From the NCBI GenBank assembly GCA_965206335.1, contig OZ242209.1, forward strand, positions 1,716,116-1,780,115: a stretch of 64,000 bases of DNA, given 5' to 3'. Source of the DNA: Dehalococcoidia bacterium. GTDB lineage: Bacteria; Chloroflexota; Dehalococcoidia; Lucifugimonadales; Lucifugimonadaceae. Position numbers and translations under genes: made by a program. Each line of letters opens with the position of its first letter. Position 1 is the stretch's first letter. Shown one piece after another: positions 18,616 to 28,751 of the stretch. The notes beneath the pieces were generated by a model. The model saw only the letters and a program-made list of their open reading frames with translations, was not told the DNA's origin and searched no databases.

Positions 18616-19917
18616 ATGAAAGCTATTTTACCCCTTTCTACTCGCATGAGGCCGGAAAGTATAGATGCTTACGTAGGCCAAAAGACATTACTAGCAGAAG
18701 GGATGCCTTTCCGAAAAGCTATAGACAAAGGTAAACTGCCCTCCTTCATTCTATGGGGACCGCCGGGGTGCGGCAAAACGACCCTCGCCCGAATAATCGC
18801 CAAAAAGATGGGCACCCACTTTGATCAGTTATCCGCCGTCAATGCGGGATTATCCCAAGTACGCGAAATAATAGCGAACGCACGGCAGCGCATCAAAATC
18901 ACAGAGCAAGGTACAATTTTATTCCTCGATGAAATTCACAGATTCTCCAAATCTCAGCAAGACTCACTTCTGCCATATATAGAGGAAGGCGACATTACAT
19001 TGATAGGTGCTACTACAGAGAATCCATCTTTCACCGTGATAGCGCCGCTATTATCACGCGTCCGAATTTACACTCTAGAACCAATGACGGATGATGATAT
19101 GCGCCTCATACTCGAGCGCGCTATGCAAGATGAAACCAAAGGGCTCGGAAAAAGTAATACACTCTTGGATGACGATGCCCTCCTATTGCTAATAAAGGTA
19201 GCCAACGGAGACGCAAGAACCGCACTAGATACATTGGAACTAGCGGCAAGCACTACAAGAGAACAAGAAGAAACCGCCATAATAAAAGCCGACACTATAG
19301 CCCATCTGCTTCAACGCCGCGCAAGGTATGACAGACTAGGAGATGCTCACTACGATACCATCTCCGCCTTTATAAAATCTATACGATCTTCGGATCCGGA
19401 TGCTGCTCTTTACTACCTCGCCCGCATGATAGACGCAGGAGAGGATCCCCTCTTCATTGCGCGTAGGCTAGTCATTTCCGCCGCCGAAGATGTAGGATTG
19501 GCAAACCCTCACGCATTAGTCCTTGCATCCGCCACCCAGCAGGCGGTGCACCTCATCGGAATGCCCGAAGGAAGAATCCCTCTAGCAGAAGCAACGATTT
19601 ATCTCGCGAGTTCACCCAAAAGTAACTCAGCATACCTAGGCATAGAAAGAGCGGCAAAGCATATCCGCAACACAAAAGATGAACCTATACCGCTTCATCT
19701 TCGCAACGCGCCTACGCGATTGATGAAAGAGTTAGGTTACGGAAAGGAATACAAGTACGCTCACGACTACCCGGGTAGCTTCACTCATACGGAAAATCTA
19801 CCTGAACGACTACGAGGAAGTCGCTACTACACGCCCGGCAATAATGCAGTGGAAGATAGAATAGCTTCAAGGCTGCGGAATTGGTGGAACAAGCGCTACG
19901 ACAATAAAACTGAATAA
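18616..19917 (+). CDS. rarA: Replication-associated recombination protein A (AAA+ ATPase)
   Basis: It has the RarA/MgsA layout: LWGPPGCGKTTLA, FLDEIHRF and a C-terminal MgsA domain (YDTISAFIKSIRSSDPDAALYYLARM). Confidence 0.9.
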   Translation: MKAILPLSTRMRPESIDAYVGQKTLLAEGMPFRKAIDKGKLPSFILWGPPGCGKTTLARIIAKKMGTHFDQLSAVNAGLSQVREIIANARQRIKITEQGTILFLDEIHRFSKSQQDSLLPYIEEGDITLIGATTENPSFTVIAPLLSRVRIYTLEPMTDDDMRLILERAMQDETKGLGKSNTLLDDDALLLLIKVANGDARTALDTLELAASTTREQEETAIIKADTIAHLLQRRARYDRLGDAHYDTISAFIKSIRSSDPDAALYYLARMIDAGEDPLFIARRLVISAAEDVGLANPHALVLASATQQAVHLIGMPEGRIPLAEATIYLASSPKSNSAYLGIERAAKHIRNTKDEPIPLHLRNAPTRLMKELGYGKEYKYAHDYPGSFTHTENLPERLRGSRYYTPGNNAVEDRIASRLRNWWNKRYDNKTE

Positions 19918-19918
19918 A

Positions 19919-20953
19919 CTACCTCATATCGGCCATTACGCGGTTAACAATGCCAAGAGTGAAATCCACATCCTCTTCATCTATACCGTAGTGGGTGACC
20001 ATTCTCATCCTGTAACCCGCACAATCCGCATATACACCTTCATCACGTAGCACAGCCGACACAACATCTAAGTTTCTACCGGGTATCTCCAGAAAAACTA
20101 TATTCGTTTCCACAGTTTCGGGATCCAAAACGATCCCGGGTATCTCTGCAAGACCAAAGGCAAGCTTCTTGGCGTTACTGTGATCTTCCGCCAATCTATC
20201 TATCATCGTATCCAGAGCTACAAGCCCCGCCGCCGCTATAATTCCCGCCTGCCGCATACCGGAACCTAGCACCTTTCGCCAGCGATGTGCTTCCGTAATG
20301 AAATCCGCGCCACCTACTACTATGCTTCCTACAGGGCACGCAAGCCCTTTCGATAGGCAGAAGGTAACAGAATCCACACAAGCCGTCATACTTGCTACAG
20401 TCTTACCTTCGGCTACGGCAGCGTTGAAAATACGCGCTCCGTCCAAATGTACCCGCAGACCTGCTCTCCTTGCCAAATTGGACATTCTTTGCATATCTGC
20501 AACAGGTACTACGCGACCTCCTCTTACATTGGAAGTATTCTCCAAGCACAGCATGCTACTCCGAGCTTTATGAGCATCCGTTGGCTGAATAGCCTTCTCG
20601 ATAGCCTCATCGGATATAGAGCCGTTCTGCTCAATATGAACAGCGCGCATACCTACCCCTCCCAGAGAAGATGCGCCCATACCTTCGTAATTGTAGATAT
20701 GGCTGGCATCACCCACAATGATTTCATCTCCGCGCCCTGATTGTGTCAGAATCGAAACCAGATTGCCCTGTGTGCCGGAAGATACCAGCAGAGCCGAATT
20801 TTTACCGGTGATTTCGGCTACTTTTTCCTGAAGCTTATTGACTGTAGGATCTTCACCATAAACATCATCACCAAGCTCTGCCTCATACATGGCTCGCCGC
20901 ATTTGAGGCGTTGGAAGAGTAACCGTATCACTACGGAGATCTATCTTTACCAT
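19919..20953 (-). CDS. ltaE: Low-specificity L-threonine aldolase
   Basis: The N-terminus is DLRSDTVT and the PLP-lysine context is FCLSKGL, placing it in the beta-eliminating lyase family. Confidence 0.85.
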   Translation of the reverse strand: MVKIDLRSDTVTLPTPQMRRAMYEAELGDDVYGEDPTVNKLQEKVAEITGKNSALLVSSGTQGNLVSILTQSGRGDEIIVGDASHIYNYEGMGASSLGGVGMRAVHIEQNGSISDEAIEKAIQPTDAHKARSSMLCLENTSNVRGGRVVPVADMQRMSNLARRAGLRVHLDGARIFNAAVAEGKTVASMTACVDSVTFCLSKGLACPVGSIVVGGADFITEAHRWRKVLGSGMRQAGIIAAAGLVALDTMIDRLAEDHSNAKKLAFGLAEIPGIVLDPETVETNIVFLEIPGRNLDVVSAVLRDEGVYADCAGYRMRMVTHYGIDEEDVDFTLGIVNRVMADMR

Positions 20954-21251
20954 TTTTACCCTCCAGTGAATTTTATAAAACTGCTAACGAACATTCGCAT
21001 ACAAGCACAGTAGATAATTTATGCTTCCCCGAAAATCATTAGATCTGTTCCGTGAAGTGAATACATTTTGGTTCATCACGTAGATAAATGCGGATGCAAC
21101 CATTACCCTATACATATTTTACACAACAATAATCAATATTCACTACCTTTTCCTATTGTTTGCAGATATAGAGATTTGGTCAATATTCAATGCCGATGAG
21201 TAGTTTCCTATCAAAGTGATCATAATAATTGCGCTACATTTTATTATAGAG

Positions 21252-22123
21252 CTATTTCAGAAAGAATATTAAGCGTTTAACTGGTTTTAACCTTAGATAT
21301 GCCTTATGTAACATTAGATATACAAAGAAAAAGCCATATAGAAATCTGATTTTGTGATTTTTATAAATACCATACTCTAACATTTTCCAATGCACTAATT
21401 TCAGTAATTCTGGATAGAATGATTTTCTTTTGAACCAAAGATAATCTTCTTTTTCATAAATTACAGAGTTATCGCCATATTCCATATTTCCTTTTAGAAT
21501 TCTGGTAATAATAACGTAAGGATATTCCTTTTTCTTAAAAATATTATTCACATATATACAATCACTTTGAATAAGGTTATGTCTTTTACAAATTAAACTA
21601 AAGATACTTTGATCATGTTTGTGGGAGGCAAAACCGTCGTATTCGGGTTTTCCCAATATGCTTGGTCCGTCTGTCACCAGATGTTCGTTTTGTATAATCT
21701 CCAGCCATTCCTTTGCTATCTTTATTGATTTGTCAGATTTTTTCCATAAATGGATACCACTTTGTATTTGGCGAGTGTCTGTATATTTTTTATTATCACA
21801 ATCCATCGAAATAAATAAATCTCTTTTAGTCCAATGTTTTTCTCGATCAATCCAAGGATTGGGGCGTTTAAATACCATCACATTTTGATTGATTTTATCC
21901 AATAATTCAATCACGATGTCGATAGATTGAACAAAGCAAAAATCAGTGTCACAGTAAAATAGATAATCTCCTTCATCCAAGGTTTTCAAAGTTTTGACAA
22001 TAATATAAGGTTTCCAAATCCAATAGCCGGCACCTCTTTTATGAGCAAATATACTCCTGTTTTTCTCGTAGAAATCAGCATCTATGTCTTTACGTCCATA
22101 GTTAATAACAGTATCGAAACCTC
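21252..22123 (-). pseudogene. Island paralogue copy 1 (putative glycosyltransferase-like), 5'-truncated
   Basis: It is homologous to residues ~45-334 of ORF 23099-24103. The frame is open from the junction at 22123, but the first usable start is an internal TTG (ORF 21252-21989). Confidence 0.7.
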
Positions 22124-22266
22124 AAACTGAAAAGGTTTCTGTGCAAGGTTTTCAGATTTCTAAGCACTTCTGTAAAGTGCGCTAGATACGGTAACCAATT
22201 TTTATATGCATATAAATAGTTTTCTATCAAAGTGATCATAATAATTGCGTTACATTTATTATAGAA
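22124..22266 (-). repeat. Conserved 143-nt inter-copy spacer, copy 1
   Basis: The sequence aaactgaaaaggtttctgtgcaaggttttcag...tagatacggtaacc...ctatcaaagtgatcataata... is nearly identical at 22124, 22955 and 24107. Confidence 0.9.
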
Positions 22267-22954
22267 CTATTTCAGAAAGAATATTAAGCGTTTAACTGGT
22301 TTTAACCTTAGATATGCCTTATGTAACATTAGATATACAAAGAAAAAGCCATATAGAAAATTTTGTGATTTTTATAAATACCATACTCTAACATTTTCCA
22401 ATGCATTAATTTCAGTAATTCTGGATAGAATGATTTTCTTTTGAACCAAAGATAATCTTCTTTTTCATAAATTACAGATATCGCCATATTCCGTATTTCC
22501 TTTTAGAATTCTGGTAATAATAAAGTAAGGATATTTCTTTGTTCTAAAAATATTATTCACATATATACAATCACTTTGAATAAGGTTATGTCTTTTACAA
22601 ATTAAACTAAAGATACTTTGATCATTTTTGTGGGAGGCAAAACTGTCGTATTCGGGTTTTCCTAATATGCTTGGTCCGTCCGTCACAGATGTTCGTTTTG
22701 TACAAGTTCCAGCCATTCCTCTGCTATTCTTATTGTTTCTCTAGATTTTTCCATAAATGAATACCACCATGTATTTGATGAGTGTCCGTATATTTTTCAT
22801 TTTCACAAGCCATAGCAATAAATAAATCTCTTTTAGTCCAATATTTCTCTTTATGAGTATAGTTGTTTTCAAATATCATCACATTTTGGTTAGCTCTATC
22901 CAATGTTTCAATCAAAATATCGATAGATGAACAAAGCAAAAATCAGAGTCACAT
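22267..22954 (-). pseudogene. Island paralogue copy 2, 5'-truncated and multiply frameshifted
   Basis: ORF pieces 22730-22939 and 22465-22716, plus a third-frame tail, match the middle and C-terminal parts of the intact copy. About the first 105 codons are missing. Confidence 0.75.
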
Positions 22955-23098
22955 AAACTGAAAAGGTTTCTGTGCAAGGTTTTCAGATTTCTAAGCACCT
23001 CTGTAAAGTGCGATAGATACGGTAACCAATCTTTATATGCATATAAGTAGTTTCCTATCAAAGTGATCATAATATTTGCGTTACATTTTATTATAGAG
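22955..23098 (-). repeat. Conserved inter-copy spacer, copy 2
   Basis: Same sequence as 22124-22266, with a few substitutions. Confidence 0.9.
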
Positions 23099-24076
23099 CT
23101 ATTTCAGAAATAACATTAAGCGTTTAACTGGTTTAGATAACCTTAGATATATTTTACAGAGCCTTAGATATACAAAAAAGAAAAATCTGGATCTAAAGCT
23201 AATTTCAGGATTTTTAGAAATAGCATACTCTAACAATTTCCACTGCGCTATTTTCATTAATTCTAGGTAGAATAATTTTCTTTTGAACCAAATATAATCT
23301 TCTTTTTCATAAATTACAGAGCTATCGCTATAGTTTTTATGTGGTCTTAAAATTCTAGTAATAATAAAGTAAGGATATTTCTTTGTTCTAAAAATATTAT
23401 TCCTATATAAACCATCACTTTGAATAAGGTTATGCCTTTTACAAATTAGACTAAAGATACTTTGATCATGTCTGTGTTCGACAAAACCATCGTATTCGGG
23501 TTTTCCCAATATGCTTGATTCGTTAGTCAGCAGATGTTCATTTTGTACAAGTTCCAGCCATTCCTCTGCTATTTTTATTGATTTGTCAGATTTTTTCCAT
23601 AAATGAATACCACCCTGTATTTGATGAGTGTCCGTATATTTTTCATTATCACAATCCATAGCAATAAATAAATCTCTTTTAGTCCAATGTTTTTCTAGAA
23701 GAATCCAATTGTAAGCATGTTTAAATATCATCATGTTTTGATTAGCTTTGTCCAATGTTTCAATCAAAATATCGATGGATTGAACAAAGTGAAAATCAGT
23801 ATCACAGTAAAATAGATAATCTCCTTCATCCAAGGTTTTCAAAGTTTTTACAATAATGTAAGGTTTCCAAATCCAATAGCCAGCACCTTTTTTATGAGCA
23901 AATATACTCCTGTTTTTCTCGTAGAAATCAGCATCTATGTCTTTACGTCCATAGTTAATAACAGTATCGAAACCTCCCACTTTATGCCCGCTTAACGTGT
24001 TGAGTTTTTGTTGTATATGGCAGTCTGATCTATGTCCGGACGGGTCTGCATAATTGATTAGAATTTTCTTTCCCAT
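23099..24076 (-). CDS. Island paralogue copy 3, intact; uncharacterised, putative nucleotide-sugar/glycosyl-transferase-like protein
   Basis: The probable start is MGKKILINYAD (ATG 24076), with GGAG 7 nt upstream. The motifs GAGYWIWKPYII, a DxD-like CDTDF and HRHDQSIFSL recall glycosyltransferase-like families. The functional call is tentative. Confidence 0.6.
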   Translation of the reverse strand: MGKKILINYADPSGHRSDCHIQQKLNTLSGHKVGGFDTVINYGRKDIDADFYEKNRSIFAHKKGAGYWIWKPYIIVKTLKTLDEGDYLFYCDTDFHFVQSIDILIETLDKANQNMMIFKHAYNWILLEKHWTKRDLFIAMDCDNEKYTDTHQIQGGIHLWKKSDKSIKIAEEWLELVQNEHLLTNESSILGKPEYDGFVEHRHDQSIFSLICKRHNLIQSDGLYRNNIFRTKKYPYFIITRILRPHKNYSDSSVIYEKEDYIWFKRKLFYLELMKIAQWKLLEYAISKNPEISFRSRFFFFVYLRLCKIYLRLSKPVKRLMLFLK

Positions 24077-24106
24077 ATGTTCACTCCATACTATCAATAA
24101 CACAAT

Positions 24107-24250
24107 AAACTGAAAAGGTTTCCGTGCAAGGTTTTCAGATTTTTAAGCACCTCTGTAAAGTGCGCTAGATACGGTAACCAATTTTTATATGCATATAAAT
24201 AGTTTCCTATCAAAGTGATCATAATAATTGCGCTATATTTTATTATAGAA
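24107..24250 (-). repeat. Conserved inter-copy spacer, copy 3
   Basis: Same sequence as 22124-22266. Confidence 0.9.
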
Positions 24251-25191
24251 CTATTTCAGAAATAACATTAAGCGTTTAACCGATTTATAGAACATTAGAT
24301 ATACAAAAAAGAAAAGTTTGGATCTAAAGCTGAGTTTATGATTTTTATAATTACTATACTCTACTGTTTTCAAGCGCAATAATTCCCTTAATTTTCGAAA
24401 TTTTCTTTTGAACCAAATATAAATCTTATTGTCAGAAATTATAACATCAGCATGATATCCTTTTAAAATTTTAGGAATAAGAATGTGACGAAATTTTTCT
24501 GTTCCAGAAATATTATATTTTACAGGATCACTTAATAAGTAGTTACTTTGAATAAGATTATACTTTTTACAAATTAGACTAAAGATACTTTGATCATGTC
24601 TGTGTTCGAGAAAACCATCGTGTTCGGGTTTTCCCAATATGCTTGATTCGTTAGTCAGCAGATGTTCATTTTGTACAAGTTCCAGCCATTCCTCTGCTAT
24701 TTTTATTGATTTGTCAGATTTTTTCCATAAATGAATACCACCCTGTATTTGATGAGTGTCCGTATATTTTTCATTATCACAATCCATAGCAATAAATAAA
24801 TCTCTTTTAGTCCAATATTTTTCTATATATCCGTTTCCAAATATCATCACATTTTGGTTAGTTCTATCCAATCTTTCAATCAAAATATCGATAGACTCGA
24901 CAAAGTAATAATCAACATCACAGTAAATAGATAATCTCCTTCATCCAAGGTTTTCAAAGTTTTTACAATAATATAAGGTTTCCAAATCCAATAGCCGGCA
25001 CCTCTTTTATGAGCAAATATACTCCTGTTTTTCTCGTAGAAATCAGCATCTATGTCTTTACGGCCATAGTTAATAACAGTATCGAAACCTCCCACTTTAT
25101 GCCCGCTTAACGTGTTGAGTTTTTGTTGTATATGGCAGTCGGACCTATGTCCGGACGGGTCTGCATAATTGATTAGAACTTTCTTTCCCAT
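24251..25191 (-). pseudogene. Island paralogue copy 4, frameshifted
   Basis: ORFs 24880-25191 (MGKKVLINYAD...) and 24251-24883 together match the intact copy. The + strand run is aaa at 24925-24927, where copy 3 has aaaa. The C-terminal third has diverged. Confidence 0.75.
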
Positions 25192-25407
25192 GTATTCACT
25201 CTATATGATCAAATTGAAGCCGGATAACTTTGTATGTGAAGATATATCATCACTGCTGTATACCAATTTTTGGAAGAGTGTACTGCACTATTACCGATAC
25301 TGATTGCCTCCATTTACCATTTTATACATAACAACCCACTGAACTTTATATATAACAACCCAATGCATACACTCCTCACTGAATAATCGCAGTTTATAAT
25401 TGCTTAT

Positions 25408-26184
25408 ATGGATAAAGCAGAAGCCACACTGAAAAGACGCTCACTTTCACGACGCGTACTCACGGCAACCTTCAGCCCTATCCCTTTTGGGGTAGCTGCT
25501 ATTGCTCTTGGCATAGATCAGCTGACGAAGTATTTCATAACCGCCAACCTTGCATTATATGAATCATGGCCTTCGGAAGGGTTCGCTAGATTTACATATG
25601 TAACCAATAGCGGATCTTTTTTAGGGCTGTTTAGAGAATACAGCTCTATTATCACATGGGTAGCCATAGCCGTAACAAGCATCCTGTTCCTACTTTATAC
25701 AACCATAAGCGGTCGCCATTGGATACTGCGCATAGCGCTCGGTTTAATGCTCGGCGGAGCTTTGGGCAATGTAGTAGATAGGCTGCGGTTGGGTTCTGTG
25801 GTGGATTTTATAGATATAGGACCTTGGCCAATATTCAACGCCGCCGACTCGTTTGTTACCACAGGAGCCGTAACATTTATGCTTTTCCTCGTGTTTTTTG
25901 AACGTAAAGCTTCACAAAACATAAAACCTTCGGATGGTACTGCAGAAGATAATTTACCTCAGTATGCATATGCTACGGAGGAAAGCACATCTCTCTATGC
26001 TCCAAGCGTATCGGCTGAACCGATCGAGGATAGCGCGGGCGAAGATTTTTTCCATAATATAGCTGAAGATAAACTACCTAAGTATCCGCCTTCAGAACCT
26101 TCGGATGAGGAAAGCATATCTCGTAGTGTTCCAAGCATATCGGCTGAACCGATAGATGGTATAGGGGAAAATCCGGAACCTTAA
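25408..26184 (+). CDS. lspA: Lipoprotein signal peptidase II with an acidic C-terminal extension
   Basis: The LspA core motifs NSGSFLG, GGALGNVVDRL and FNAADS are present. About 90 extra residues contain two related segments. Confidence 0.9.
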   Translation: MDKAEATLKRRSLSRRVLTATFSPIPFGVAAIALGIDQLTKYFITANLALYESWPSEGFARFTYVTNSGSFLGLFREYSSIITWVAIAVTSILFLLYTTISGRHWILRIALGLMLGGALGNVVDRLRLGSVVDFIDIGPWPIFNAADSFVTTGAVTFMLFLVFFERKASQNIKPSDGTAEDNLPQYAYATEESTSLYAPSVSAEPIEDSAGEDFFHNIAEDKLPKYPPSEPSDEESISRSVPSISAEPIDGIGENPEP

Positions 26185-26187
26185 AGC

Positions 26188-27132
26188 ATGAGCATAGATC
26201 AGTGCGATATAACCGAGAAGGTAGTTCCTTTAGACGCTACTCCCGAACGTTTGGATGTTGCGACGGCTCGTTTCATGCACCTCAGCCGCTCACATGCGGC
26301 CAGATTGATTCGTACTGGGTGCGCAACAGTGGATGGTGAATATGTTAACTTGCCTGCAAAGATTGTGAAGCCCGGTAGTAAGATAACCTTGGACATTATC
26401 AAAATTAAAGGTGAAGGCAAAAGTCCAAAAACAGGTCGTTTCAATATAAGACCTTTATATAGCGATGAGCACTTAGCCGTATTCGATAAACCCGCAGGAG
26501 TCACCGTACATCCGGGAGCAGGTAAAGAAGACTTTGTTTTATCGGATGTTATATCCGCTCTCTTCCCAAACGCCTCCGAGGTGGGTTCACCGGGTCGGCC
26601 GGGTATAGTTCATAGGTTGGATAAGAATACATCCGGGCTTATAGTTACCGCACTGACAAATGACGCTTATGAAGTGCTGACCGATCTCATAAAGCGTCGC
26701 ATGGTAAAGAGACAGTATAAAGCGTTAGTTATAGGGCAGCCGGATCCGGCATTCGGCATAGTGGATGCTGCGATAGGTAGGCATCCTGTGAACCGTACCA
26801 AGCAGGCTTTACTTCCAACGGGTAAACCGGCTCGCACTCATTACAAAGTCGAGGAGGTTATGGGTGATTATGCCCTCTTGAGACTCGAATTGGAGACGGG
26901 GCGGATGCATCAAATACGCGTTCATATGGCATCAATAGGGCATCCGATAGCCGGGGATGATACATATGGAGGGCGTAGATCTCGTTTCCCCGGTCTTTCA
27001 AGGCAGTTTCTGCACGCATCCGACCTTTCTTTTACTCACCCGTTAGAAGGTTGTTCGATGCACTTTACATCCGATTTGCCGCCGGATTTGAGAAGCTCTT
27101 TGGAGTATGCTCGGTCACGAGTGTTGGTATGA
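26188..27132 (+). CDS. rluD: 23S rRNA pseudouridine synthase, RluA/RluD family
   Basis: It has an S4-like N-terminus and the catalytic motif HRLDKNTSGL. Confidence 0.9.
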   Translation: MSIDQCDITEKVVPLDATPERLDVATARFMHLSRSHAARLIRTGCATVDGEYVNLPAKIVKPGSKITLDIIKIKGEGKSPKTGRFNIRPLYSDEHLAVFDKPAGVTVHPGAGKEDFVLSDVISALFPNASEVGSPGRPGIVHRLDKNTSGLIVTALTNDAYEVLTDLIKRRMVKRQYKALVIGQPDPAFGIVDAAIGRHPVNRTKQALLPTGKPARTHYKVEEVMGDYALLRLELETGRMHQIRVHMASIGHPIAGDDTYGGRRSRFPGLSRQFLHASDLSFTHPLEGCSMHFTSDLPPDLRSSLEYARSRVLV

Positions 27133-28616
27133 ATATATCACCTGCGCGGACACGTTTTGCCCCTAGCCCTACAGGTTTGCCGCACATTGGGAATATGAGG
27201 ACGGCTCTATATGCATGGCTCCTCGCTAGGCACACAAATGGCAGCTTCATACTGCGTGTAGAAGATACCGATCGCGGACGCTTGGATGCCGAAGCGGTTC
27301 CACAGATAATGGAGGCGCTTAGATGGTTGGGGTTGAACTGGGACGAGGGTCCCGATGTTGGCGGACCGCATGAGCCTTATATACAGTCTGAACGCAAGGA
27401 GTTGTATATCGAGGCGGCCGGCAAGATGTTGGAAAATGGCAGTGCTTATTTATGTAACTGCACACCGGAAAGGTTAGCGGAACTCCGCCAAAGGCAGCTT
27501 GCGGCAAAGAAAGCGCCCGGCTATGATGGGCATTGTCGCCATAAGCCGCGCTCCGAAATGGAATCGGAACGTGAGAAAGGCGCCGTTACGGTAGTCAGAT
27601 ACCATGTGCCGGAGACGGGCGGGTTGATTTTACAGGATACGGTTTATGGTGAGATAAGTTTTGAATTATCCCATCTTACCGACTTCGTGATACTGAAATC
27701 GGATGGGATGCCAACTTACCATTTGGCGCATGTTTTGGATGATTATCTTATGGGCGTAACTCATGTGATACGCGCCGAGGAATGGATATCGAGTGTACCC
27801 CGACATATTCTCATACAGAAATCTCTCCAACTTCCTCAACCTGTCTACATTCATGTTCCGCTTCTGCTGGGTAAGGATAAAGCGAAATTGAGCAAACGCC
27901 ACGGTGCTACGACCGTCTTGGAGTATAAGGAGCAGGGTTATTTGCCGGAAGCTTTGCGGAATTACATTGCACTTCTCGGATGGTCTACGGGAGATGATGA
28001 AGAGATTATATCGGAAGAGGATATTGTAAGACGTTTCACACCTGATCGTATACAGGCGCATCCCGCTATTTTCAGTGTAGAGAAATTGAATTGGATGAAT
28101 GGTATTTATATTCGTATGGCGGATAAGGCGGATTTGGCGGAAAGGGTAAAACCTTATTTGGAAAGACCGGAGAAGGAAGGCGGATTGCCGGATATTGTGA
28201 AGCGTCCGTTGGATGTCAAGTATCTGGAAGGTCTTATGCCGCTTATACAGGAACGTCTCCATAGACTGGACGAAGCCGCAGGTATGTTGGATATTTTCTT
28301 CGTGGAGAAGGTATCGTTAAGTGAGGAGATTCTTATTGCGCGGGGTCCCGATAAGGCATCGGTTCAGAGGTTTTTAGAGGCTGCCGCCAGTATATGCGAA
28401 GGCGCGGAGGTGTTCAGTAGCGATGAATTGGAGGCGAAGTTTCGCTCATGGGCGGAGGACGCAAATGCGAAAGTAGGGGTGTTCTTTTATCCCGTGCGTA
28501 TAGCAGCAACAGGCCGTAAAGCAGCGCCTCCGCTATTCGGGACTTTATCTGCGTTGGGTCGTGATGTATGCGTGGAACGCATCTTTTCAGCAATGAAATT
28601 GCTGAAACGGTCGTAA
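27129..28616 (+). CDS. gltX: Glutamate--tRNA ligase
   Basis: MNISPARTRFAPSPTGLPHIGNMRTA carries the HIGH motif, and KLSKRHG is KMSKS-like. ATG 27129 overlaps the rluD stop (ATGA). The listed ORF start at 27051 lies inside rluD. Confidence 0.95.
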   Translation: MNISPARTRFAPSPTGLPHIGNMRTALYAWLLARHTNGSFILRVEDTDRGRLDAEAVPQIMEALRWLGLNWDEGPDVGGPHEPYIQSERKELYIEAAGKMLENGSAYLCNCTPERLAELRQRQLAAKKAPGYDGHCRHKPRSEMESEREKGAVTVVRYHVPETGGLILQDTVYGEISFELSHLTDFVILKSDGMPTYHLAHVLDDYLMGVTHVIRAEEWISSVPRHILIQKSLQLPQPVYIHVPLLLGKDKAKLSKRHGATTVLEYKEQGYLPEALRNYIALLGWSTGDDEEIISEEDIVRRFTPDRIQAHPAIFSVEKLNWMNGIYIRMADKADLAERVKPYLERPEKEGGLPDIVKRPLDVKYLEGLMPLIQERLHRLDEAAGMLDIFFVEKVSLSEEILIARGPDKASVQRFLEAAASICEGAEVFSSDELEAKFRSWAEDANAKVGVFFYPVRIAATGRKAAPPLFGTLSALGRDVCVERIFSAMKLLKRS

Positions 28617-28751
28617 CTTATAGTATGAATGAGGGTGAAGTTTCGCATAGCGGTGAAGGCTGCGAACCGTCAAAATGAATCCGGCGTTGGTGTATATTTT
28701 ATAGTATCGTATATGCTAATATTAGCTAAAAGTAGAGAGAAGGAAAGTACA

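Noticed and set aside
21252-25191. Integron-like cassette array, with the conserved spacer acting as attC
   Set aside because: There is no intI gene. I could not find the RYYYAAC / GTTRRRY core sites or the extended imperfect palindrome of attC. The cassettes are all the same gene.
27051-27128. Upstream extension of gltX given by the ORF track (start 27051)
   Set aside because: The extension overlaps the end of rluD and encodes non-GltX sequence. ATG 27129 gives the canonical N-terminus and an ATGA stop/start overlap.
28629-28751. 41-codon N-terminal extension of the S21 ORF
   Set aside because: S21 proteins are ~60-70 aa. The extension is hydrophobic junk, and TTG 28752 has a purine-rich RBS in front of it.
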